The translations under genes were made by a program, and so were the position numbers. From Planctomycetia bacterium (GTDB lineage: Bacteria > Planctomycetota > Planctomycetia > Pirellulales > PALSA-1355): a DNA stretch of 63,795 nucleotides. Below, in pieces: positions 1-7,008 of the stretch. The stretch covers positions 1-63,795 of the forward strand of contig JACQFF010000060.1 in NCBI GenBank assembly GCA_016200205.1, given 5' to 3'. How positions within the stretch are numbered: the first letter of the stretch is position 1; each line of letters starts with the position of its first letter. Below the pieces are notes generated by a model. That model worked only from the letters and a program-made list of their open reading frames with translations. It made no database searches and was not told the DNA's origin.

Positions 1-965
1 CGTTCGACCGTTGGACGATGGACGACTACTACAGCTTTGCCGCCTTCTTTGCCCAGATCGGCCGCAAGCAGGGTGAGGACTATCGCGAGACGATCGTCTT
101 CAACTCCGGCGGCGGCGAAGTGGCGCATCCGGTCGGCGGCCGGCGCATGGCCCCCAAGTTTCTGGGCGGCGCCGAGCCCGACGTCAACGGCAAGGACCGC
201 CGCGAAGTGCTGGTCAAATGGCTGGCCTCGCCCGAGAATCCCTATTTCGCGACCAGCGTGGCCAATCGCGTGTGGGCCCACTTTTTCGGCCTGGGCATCG
301 TCGAACCGATCGACGACATTCGGGTCAGCAATCCGGCCAGCAACCCCGAGCTGTTTCAGGCCCTGGGCAATAAACTGACGTCCTACAACTACGATTTCAA
401 GCAATTGGTGCGAGACATTTGCAACTCGCGCACGTATCAACGCTCTTCGCAGTCCAATGCCAGCAATGAGGAAGACACGAAAAACTTTTCGCACAGCCGC
501 ATTCGCCGCATTCCGGCCGAAAGTTTGTTGGATTGCTTGAGTCAGGTCACGGAAATCCAGGAGAAGTTCCAGGGGCTGCCGCTGGGCGCTCGGGCGGTGC
601 AAATCGCCGATGGCCAGACGAGCAACTACTTTCTGAGCTCCTTCGGCCGCTCGCCTCGCACGACCGTCTGCGCGGCGGAGGCCACCACCGAGCCCACGCT
701 TTCGCAGGCCTTGCATTTGATCAACGGCGATACGCTCGCGCGCAAAATCGGCGAAAGCAAGCGGCTGCAAAAGTTGATCGATGCCGGCCAAAAACCCGCG
801 CAAATCGTCGAAACCATTTACATGGCCTGCTTGTCGCGAAGGCCGAGTCCCGAAGAAGTGCAGAAGCTCGATGGCCTCTTGGCCGCGGAAGCCAATCCGC
901 GCAACGCCGTGGATGACATTCTGTGGGCGGTGCTCAACTCGCGTGAGTTCTTGTTCAATCATTAG
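1..965 (+). CDS. DUF1553/PSD1-type planctomycete protein, C-terminal part (5' end lies outside the window)
   Basis: The frame of ORF 18..965 is open to the left window edge. C-terminal segments (RVWAHFFGLGIVEPIDDIR, FGRSPRTTVCAAE, WAVLNSREFLFNH) match what I recognise as the DUF1553 module of DUF1549/DUF1553 proteins. Stop TAG 963-965 directly abuts the next ATG at 966. Confidence 0.8.
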   Translation, partial: FDRWTMDDYYSFAAFFAQIGRKQGEDYRETIVFNSGGGEVAHPVGGRRMAPKFLGGAEPDVNGKDRREVLVKWLASPENPYFATSVANRVWAHFFGLGIVEPIDDIRVSNPASNPELFQALGNKLTSYNYDFKQLVRDICNSRTYQRSSQSNASNEEDTKNFSHSRIRRIPAESLLDCLSQVTEIQEKFQGLPLGARAVQIADGQTSNYFLSSFGRSPRTTVCAAEATTEPTLSQALHLINGDTLARKIGESKRLQKLIDAGQKPAQIVETIYMACLSRRPSPEEVQKLDGLLAAEANPRNAVDDILWAVLNSREFLFNH

Positions 966-2822
966 ATGGTGGTGTTCACGATGACCAGACGCATTTTCGA
1001 ACCGCTGTTCGCCCTGGTGGCCGTATTGATGTTGGCCGACCGCGCACTTGCCGAAGACGCCAAGCCGGCCGCGGCCCTACCGGCGGCCAAGATCACGTAT
1101 GACGAGCACGTGCGGCCGATTTTTCGCGAGCATTGCTTTAGCTGCCATAACCCCGACACGAAAAAAAGCGATTTATCGCTGGCCACGTTTGCCAGCGTCA
1201 TGCAGGGAGGATCGACCGGAGCGGTGATTATGGCCGGTGACACTGGTAGTTCGCGGCTGTGGGGTCTGGTTTCGAACGCGGAAGAACCCAAGATGCCGCC
1301 GAATCAAGACAAGTTGCCCGCCGCGAAACTGGAGGCGATCCGAGCCTGGATCGAGGGAGGAGCGCTGGAGAACAACGGTTCGGTGGCCAAGGTGAAGAAG
1401 TCGGCCGCGATGGAGCTGACCGCGACCGTTGGATCGGCCAAACCGGCCGGTCCGCCCCCCATGCCCGAGGGACTTTCGCGCCAGCCCGCGGTGTACACTC
1501 CCCGCGCCGGCGCCGTCACCGCGCTAGCCGGCAGCCCGTGGGCTCCGCTGGTGGCCGTGGCCGGTCAGAAACAGATCGCGCTGTATAACTCCGACACGGC
1601 AAAATTGCTGGGCGTGCTGCCGTTTCCCGAGGGGATTCCGCACGTGCTGAAGTTCAGCCGCAGCGGTTCGTTGCTATTGGCCGGTGGTGGGCAAGGCGCG
1701 AAAGCTGGCACCGTGATCGTATTCGACGTCAAGACCGGCAAACGCGTGTTCGAGGTGGGCGATGAACTAGACATCGTGCTGGCCGCCGACATCAACGAAG
1801 ATCACACGCGGATCGCGTTGGGCGGGCCGGGCCGCGTGGTGCGCGTCTTTTCCACGGCAGATGGCTCTTTGGTCCAGGAAATCCGCAAGCACACCGAGTG
1901 GATTTACGCGCTGGAATTCAGCCCCGACGGCGTGCTCTTGGCCACGGCCGACCGTGCCGGCGGGATGTTTGTATGGGAGGCCGAGACGGCGCGCGAGTAT
2001 CAGAATTTGGCCGGCCACAAAGGGGCGATCACCGACGTGAGCTGGCGCATCGATTCCAACATCCTGGCAAGTTCGAGCGAAGACGGCACGATCAAGCTGT
2101 GGGAGATGGAAAACGGCAAGGAAGTGAAGAGTTGGGCCGCGCATGGCGGCGGCGCCAGTTCGCTCGAGTTTGCCCGCGACGGCAAGCTCGTTTCCGCGGG
2201 GCGCGATCGGCTGACGAAGGTTTGGGACGGCAACGGCGCGGTCGTCCGCGAATTGGCCGCATTCGGCGACATTGCCACCGAAGTGGCGTTCACGCACGAT
2301 GGGGCCCGCGTCGTGGCAGGAGATTGGCTGGGCGACGTGCGGTTGTCGGAAGTCGCCGATGGCAAGCAGATTGCTCAGCTTCCGCCCAACCCGCCCACGC
2401 TCGAGATGATCGTGCAAGCCCGCACGGCGGCGGCCGCGGCGGCCGCGGCGCAAGCGCAAAAAACAGCCGCTGATCTCGCGGCGGCCGAAACGGTGCTGGC
2501 GGAAAAGGCCAAAAGCAGCAAGGCGACAGCCGACGCAGCCGCGGCGCAAGCACAAAAGGCAGCGGCTGAACTCGCGGCAGCTGAAGCGGCCCTGGCGGAA
2601 AAGATTAAAGCCAACAAAGCGGCGGCTGACGCAGCCGCGGCACAAGCACAAAAGGCGGCCGCGGACATCGCGGCGGCCCAGGCGGCCCTAGCGGAAAAAG
2701 CCAAGAATAACAAGGCGGCGGCCGAAGCGGCCGCGGCCGCGCAAGCCGAATTGCAAAACGTGCTGGCCGAAAAAGCCGCCTTCGAGCAGGCGCAATCGAT
2801 GCAAGCCTCGACGGCCAAGTAA
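966..2822 (+). CDS. Planctomycete cytochrome-c (PSCyt1) domain + WD40 repeat protein with Ala-rich coiled-coil tail
   Basis: N-terminal signal-like segment, then a CxxCH haem motif (HCFSCHNPDTKKSDLSL). Multiple WD40-like repeats follow (GHKGAITDVSW, SSEDGTIKLWE, AGRDRLTKVWD). The C-terminus holds 32-aa AAQAQK...LAEKAK repeats. Confidence 0.85.
   Translation: MVVFTMTRRIFEPLFALVAVLMLADRALAEDAKPAAALPAAKITYDEHVRPIFREHCFSCHNPDTKKSDLSLATFASVMQGGSTGAVIMAGDTGSSRLWGLVSNAEEPKMPPNQDKLPAAKLEAIRAWIEGGALENNGSVAKVKKSAAMELTATVGSAKPAGPPPMPEGLSRQPAVYTPRAGAVTALAGSPWAPLVAVAGQKQIALYNSDTAKLLGVLPFPEGIPHVLKFSRSGSLLLAGGGQGAKAGTVIVFDVKTGKRVFEVGDELDIVLAADINEDHTRIALGGPGRVVRVFSTADGSLVQEIRKHTEWIYALEFSPDGVLLATADRAGGMFVWEAETAREYQNLAGHKGAITDVSWRIDSNILASSSEDGTIKLWEMENGKEVKSWAAHGGGASSLEFARDGKLVSAGRDRLTKVWDGNGAVVRELAAFGDIATEVAFTHDGARVVAGDWLGDVRLSEVADGKQIAQLPPNPPTLEMIVQARTAAAAAAAAQAQKTAADLAAAETVLAEKAKSSKATADAAAAQAQKAAAELAAAEAALAEKIKANKAAADAAAAQAQKAAADIAAAQAALAEKAKNNKAAAEAAAAAQAELQNVLAEKAAFEQAQSMQASTAK
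2445..2732 (+). repeat. Three in-frame tandem copies of a 96-bp (32-aa) unit inside the PSCyt/WD40 gene, plus a degenerate fourth copy downstream
   Basis: Units start at 2445, 2541 and 2637, each beginning gcggcRcaagcRcaaaa. The translated units are AAQAQK(T/A)AA(D/E)(L/I)AAA...LAEK(A/I)K..K(A)(T/A)A(D/E)AA. Confidence 0.9.
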
Positions 2823-2919
2823 TCAATACGCGCCAATTGATCGGCGGCGCTCGATGTGTCGCCCTTGTATTGATCGTAACGCCGAGTTTGGCGCGCATCA
2901 TACTCGGCTTTGAAAAGTA

Positions 2920-2960
2920 AAACACATCGTCAGTCGAGAAACCGACGATGTGTTTTTTTC
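2920..2960 (+). terminator. Rho-independent terminator-like hairpin after the PSCyt/WD40 gene
   Basis: Stem aacacatcgtc (2921-2931) pairs with gacgatgtgtt (2944-2954) and is followed by a T-run to 2959. An A-rich tract upstream could make it bidirectional, also serving the convergent 2990..3214 gene. A second hairpin gccgagt/actcggc lies at 2881-2908. Confidence 0.65.
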
Positions 2961-2989
2961 TGAACAACAAATACAGCAGCGCCGCGCGC

Positions 2990-3214
2990 TTACTCGCGCG
3001 GACGAACTGCACCGGTCAACCCGCTATAGTCGGGTCGATCTTCGGGGTGCCAGAGAGGTTCACCACGCTGGACCCGCTCCGCCAATACATCGAGTTTCGC
3101 TCGCGAACCGGCGGGCGCTTCGGTTGGCGAGAACGTTTCGTCCTCGGCGGGACAAAAATCCTCGTCGTGGCCATACTTCAAAATTGCTTCGAACACATTC
3201 CGCATCTGCCGCAT
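2990..3214 (-). CDS. Hypothetical small protein (74 aa)
   Basis: This ORF has GC-rich third positions, unlike the overlapping plus-strand ORF 2948..3511. I recognise no domain. Confidence 0.4.
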   Translation of the reverse strand: MRQMRNVFEAILKYGHDEDFCPAEDETFSPTEAPAGSRAKLDVLAERVQRGEPLWHPEDRPDYSGLTGAVRPRE

Positions 3215-3507
3215 CGAATCACACCTCCAACTAAAAAAGAATCGCCAACTTCACTGTATGCCTTAGCTCCCACGCTCAGCATCTTGTTGAAATATCGCTA
3301 CCACTTCAATCGATCACGTCTGGTAGACGCGCTTTTCGCGGCGATCTTAACCTTCCTGGTTGCGGCCGTACGCGAGTCAATCACTTCGGATGCGGTGGGC
3401 GAGCTTGAGAATCCGAATCAGGCGGGGGGAAAATCGACGTATCATCTAAAACATTCAATTATCATCAGCGCGGAAAGAATGTCAATAAGTTTGGACCATT
3501 TTGCCCC

Positions 3508-3535
3508 TTGACACCCCCCAATTCGGGCCTAAAAC
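3508..3535 (+). promoter_or_regulatory. Candidate sigma-70-type promoter upstream of yjbQ-like gene
   Basis: TTGACA (3508-3513), a 16-nt spacer, then TAAAAC (3530-3535), all in an AT-rich gap about 175 nt upstream of the ATG at 3709. This is pattern match only. Confidence 0.25.
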
Positions 3536-3708
3536 CCGCAAGTTCCAAATAGATTATTATCCGGCGTCGCAACGACCGTGGGGGTGCGAAGATTTCGAAA
3601 AATCCCTGCGATTTTCACTAGCGCGCGCCGTGCTTGGCTGCCGGACTCGTTGTGTTAGGCTCTAAGTTGATGATATTTGGTTTTCCTCCGAGGTTCGCCG
3701 GCGCAGTC

Positions 3709-4137
3709 ATGGCCTGGTTTCAACATACTCTCGAATTGCCCGCGTTTCGCCGCGGCTTCCACTTGATTACTCCCCGCATCGTTGAAGCATTGCCCCAGCT
3801 ATCACAGATCAAGATCGGGCTGCTGCATGTGTATATTCAGCACACGTCGGCATCGCTGTCGATCAACGAGAATGCCGATGCCGACGTGCCGGCCGACCTG
3901 GAGGCGTCCTTCAACGCCATTGCCCCGGAGGATTTCGACTATCGCCACACGATCGAGGGGCCCGATGACATGCCCGCCCACGTGAAGGCCGCGCTGTTGG
4001 GCTCGTCGGTGAGCGTTCCGGTACGCGGCGGCCGGCTGCTGCTCGGCAGCTGGCAAGGCATTTATCTGTGCGAGCATCGCAATCGCGCCGGCCGACGAAA
4101 GCTGGTGCTCACGATCGAAGGCGAGATTAAGGGCTAA
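3709..4137 (+). CDS. YjbQ/UPF0047 family protein (secondary thiamine-phosphate synthase-like)
   Basis: MAWFQHTLELP...GLLHVYIQHTSASLSINENADADV...DMPAHVKAALLGSSVSVPV..GRLLLGSWQGIYLCEHR is the characteristic UPF0047 pattern. I chose the internal ATG 3709 rather than the TTG at 3634. Confidence 0.85.
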   Translation: MAWFQHTLELPAFRRGFHLITPRIVEALPQLSQIKIGLLHVYIQHTSASLSINENADADVPADLEASFNAIAPEDFDYRHTIEGPDDMPAHVKAALLGSSVSVPVRGGRLLLGSWQGIYLCEHRNRAGRRKLVLTIEGEIKG

Positions 4138-4141
4138 ACGG

Positions 4142-5221
4142 CTACTCGCGGGAGCTGGCCACAGGCTGGCCGGTTTCCAAAACCCGCGCCAGGTCATCGA
4201 GCCAGCACTCCAGCAGCGTCGTTTGGTTGGCGTTGCGATCGATGTGGGCCAGAGCCTCGAGCGAGCGATCGATGCAGCCGGCCGCCGCGTCGAAATCGTC
4301 CGGCCAGGTGGAGTGTGCTTGTTCGACGGCGCGAATCAATTCCGCGTCGCCGCGCACGGGCAGACTGGCGTGGGCCCGCAGTAACTGGCGGTAGAAATCC
4401 ACCGCAAAGGCAATCAGTTGCCGCGAGCGGGCCCGTCGCGAGCTAGCTTCCTTGCCGGCGGCGTCGACGCATGCAGTGACGGCTTGCGCCAGCCCCACGC
4501 TTTCCAAGCGCGGTCGGGCCAAACTTCGCAGCAATTGCTGCCGAAAGGTCCACAAGTCATCGTCGGCCAGCTCTTGCGCGCGTTGCAAACTTCCCCCGGA
4601 AAACTCAGCCAGGCGGCGGGCCTGTTCGGCGTCGGTCACCAGGCCGCGCGATTGCAAAATCTCGGCCACGAGATCGTGCGCGAGCGGTTGAAAACGAATC
4701 GTCTGGCAGCGCGAACGAATCGTGGACAACTGCTTGTCGGCACTGGTGCCGATCAAGATCAGCATCGAGCGTGGAGGTGGCTCTTCCAGGGTCTTCAGCA
4801 GGCAGTTGGCGCTTTCTTCGTTGAGATAGTCAGCATCGTCGATGATGGCCACCTTGCACCCGCCCATGAATGGCCGCAGCGCGATGTCGTGGCACAATCC
4901 TTCGCGCATGCGGTGAGCGTCGTCGCCGACAAACAGCGACAGGGGAATCGTGCTCTTGTCGGGCGGTTTTTCGATGATGTGCAAGTCGGGATGCGTCAAG
5001 GACGCGACTTGCAGGCACGACGTGCAGAGTCCGCAGGGCGCTAATTCGTGCGGGAACACCTCGCCGCACAACAGCGACTGGGCCAGCTTTTCGGCGAAGG
5101 TACGCTTGCCAATTCCCGCCGGGCCGACGAACAAGAACGTGCTCGCCAGACGTCCGCGGCGCAAAGAGCGACGAAATCGCTCGACGACTTCGTCGTGCCC
5201 TTCAATGCCTTGCCAGGTCAT
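4142..5221 (-). CDS. holB: DNA polymerase III subunit delta'
   Basis: Starts MTWQGIEGHDEVV. Contains a P-loop-like FLFVGPAGIGKRTFA, a zinc module CGLCTSC, and the clamp-loader signature LLKTLEEPP. The longer track ORF (to 5566) would overlap tmk and is rejected. Confidence 0.85.
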   Translation of the reverse strand: MTWQGIEGHDEVVERFRRSLRRGRLASTFLFVGPAGIGKRTFAEKLAQSLLCGEVFPHELAPCGLCTSCLQVASLTHPDLHIIEKPPDKSTIPLSLFVGDDAHRMREGLCHDIALRPFMGGCKVAIIDDADYLNEESANCLLKTLEEPPPRSMLILIGTSADKQLSTIRSRCQTIRFQPLAHDLVAEILQSRGLVTDAEQARRLAEFSGGSLQRAQELADDDLWTFRQQLLRSLARPRLESVGLAQAVTACVDAAGKEASSRRARSRQLIAFAVDFYRQLLRAHASLPVRGDAELIRAVEQAHSTWPDDFDAAAGCIDRSLEALAHIDRNANQTTLLECWLDDLARVLETGQPVASSRE

Positions 5222-5342
5222 AAAACTCAGCCGTTTTTCAAGGGTGGATCCGCTTAACCGCCCTAGCGCAAGCAGCACGCAGCCCCATTCTATCGCCGAA
5301 AGCCGGCGTGCCCAGGGAGTTGCGGTGCCCTTGCCGGTGGGG

Positions 5343-5951
5343 TCATGAATTGCCCAGCACGCGGCCGGCCGCGGCGCGGATATCGGCTTGCACCGTTTCG
5401 ATGTCGCGGCCCGCGTCGATGACCACGATCCGCTCGGGATCCTTGGCGGCCTCGGCCAGAAAACCTTGGCGAAGTCGCGACTGGTACTCCATACCGTGGC
5501 TTTCCATGCGGTCCAGCGCGCGGTCGATTCTGCCGGCGGCCGCGCGTGGCGGCATGTCGAGCACAAAAACCAATTCGGGCATCAGGCCGCCAGTGGCCGC
5601 TTCGCCGATTCGCCAGATCGTCGACACGTCCAACCCGCCCGCATGGCCTTGATAAACCACGTTGGCCAACAAATAGCGATCCGACACCACGGTCTTTCCG
5701 ATCGCCAGGGCGGGCCGAATAACTTCTTCCACAAGTTGCGCCCGGGCAGCCATGAATAACAGCATTTCGCTTGGCCGCGAGATCGGCACTCGATGGCCCA
5801 AGAGGATTTCGCGAACCGCTTCGCCCAACGGCGTGCTGCCTGGGTCGTAGCAACTGACCACGTCGTGGCCCCGCTCGCGCAGCCAGCCGAGAAAGAGATT
5901 CATCTGCGTCGTCTTGCCGACGCCATCCAAGCCGTCAAAAGAGAAAAACAT
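5343..5951 (-). CDS. tmk: Thymidylate (dTMP) kinase
   Basis: P-loop FDGLDGVGKTTQ and a DRY-type motif VVSDRYLLANVVYQG. Length is 202 aa. It sits upstream of holB, which is a conserved pairing. Confidence 0.9.
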   Translation of the reverse strand: MFFSFDGLDGVGKTTQMNLFLGWLRERGHDVVSCYDPGSTPLGEAVREILLGHRVPISRPSEMLLFMAARAQLVEEVIRPALAIGKTVVSDRYLLANVVYQGHAGGLDVSTIWRIGEAATGGLMPELVFVLDMPPRAAAGRIDRALDRMESHGMEYQSRLRQGFLAEAAKDPERIVVIDAGRDIETVQADIRAAAGRVLGNS

Positions 5952-6030
5952 AGGGGTCGGGGTTTAGGGTTTGGGGATTCACGTTTGGAGGCTGGCTGGG
6001 CGCACCTAACGCCCAATCCCTAATTCCTAC

Positions 6031-7008
6031 TCAGGCTTGGCCATTATACAGTTCTGTCAACCGGCCTGCGCGCTCAGCGACAATCTGGCGCAAACGTGCA
6101 GGCTTGAGCACTTCGGCCTGATCGCCGTAGCCGAGAATCCACCAGGAGATTTCGCGGACGCCGGAAACCCGGACGTGAAAATCGAGCGACCCGTCCTCGC
6201 GATGCACCAGCCGTTGGGTTTTGTGCCATACGACCTCGGCCACGTTTCTTGCCACCAGCGGACTAAAGCGAACCACGACCTCGGCGTCGGGCCCCGCCTC
6301 GGGAATCAAGTGCCATGCATTGCCCAAATAACGCTCGATGCTGAATCCGCGCGGCACGTGAAACCGCTCGTCCAGCAGGGTCAGGCTTTGGATGCGGCCG
6401 ACGTTGAAGGTTCGCACTTCGCGATGCAACGACGAACGGCCAATTACGTACCAACTATGGCGGCTATAGAGCAAACGATAGGGGCATAGGTTGAGCCGGA
6501 TGGTCTTGCCATCGCTGAAACTTTCGTAGGCAATTCGCACGGCGCGGCGCGCGGCAATGCAGGTCAACAGCCGCTGATAAACCGGCGTTTGGCCTTCGAG
6601 GCGATTGCCCGGCTGCAGTTTGATTTGCACCGCGGCCGTGGCTTCGCGCAAATGCTCGCGGACGCGTCCCGGCAAGCTGCTTTCCAGTTTCAAAGCCGCG
6701 CTATGGGCGGCCTCGTAAAACGGCAACCTTTGGTCGCTGCCGAACTCGTAGCACAACACCATGACGGCCAATGCTTCTTCGGCCGTGAAGTTGGTGGGAG
6801 GCAGGAAGTAGGTGCCGGGGATGCGGTAGATTCCCTGATCGTCATCGAACAACAGGGGCACGCCTGCTTGCCGCAGCACGTCCAGATCGCGGAAAATCGT
6901 GCGACGGCTGACGTCGCAAGCCTTCGCCAGGCCGCTGACGTTATGACCCTTGCCCGCTTGCAGCAGGCCCAACAGTTGGACCAGACGGCTGATTCTCGAC
7001 AGATTCAT
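6031..7008 (-). CDS. HTH + WYL domain transcriptional regulator (YafY/PafBC-like)
   Basis: The N-terminus MNLSRISRLVQLLGLLQAGKGHNVSGLAKACDVSRRTIFRDLDVLRQAGVPL is a typical HTH_11/DeoR-type wHTH. The central region (CPYRLLYSRHSWYVIGRS) has WYL-domain character. Confidence 0.85.
   Translation of the reverse strand: MNLSRISRLVQLLGLLQAGKGHNVSGLAKACDVSRRTIFRDLDVLRQAGVPLLFDDDQGIYRIPGTYFLPPTNFTAEEALAVMVLCYEFGSDQRLPFYEAAHSAALKLESSLPGRVREHLREATAAVQIKLQPGNRLEGQTPVYQRLLTCIAARRAVRIAYESFSDGKTIRLNLCPYRLLYSRHSWYVIGRSSLHREVRTFNVGRIQSLTLLDERFHVPRGFSIERYLGNAWHLIPEAGPDAEVVVRFSPLVARNVAEVVWHKTQRLVHREDGSLDFHVRVSGVREISWWILGYGDQAEVLKPARLRQIVAERAGRLTELYNGQA

Noticed and set aside
2445-2790. Non-coding minisatellite or CRISPR-like array
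   Set aside because: The 96-bp period is a multiple of three, is codon-aligned with the 966..2822 ORF, and encodes a coherent coiled-coil heptad-like sequence.
2948-3511. 187-aa plus-strand ORF
   Set aside because: It overlaps the terminator hairpin and the better-looking minus-strand 74-aa ORF. It then runs through AT-rich sequence with poor coding character.
5222-5566. Upstream 115-codon extension of the holB ORF
   Set aside because: It would overlap the 3' end of tmk by more than 220 nt and its sequence is Arg/Trp/Ser-rich nonsense. MTWQGIEGH at 5221 is a typical delta' N-terminus.
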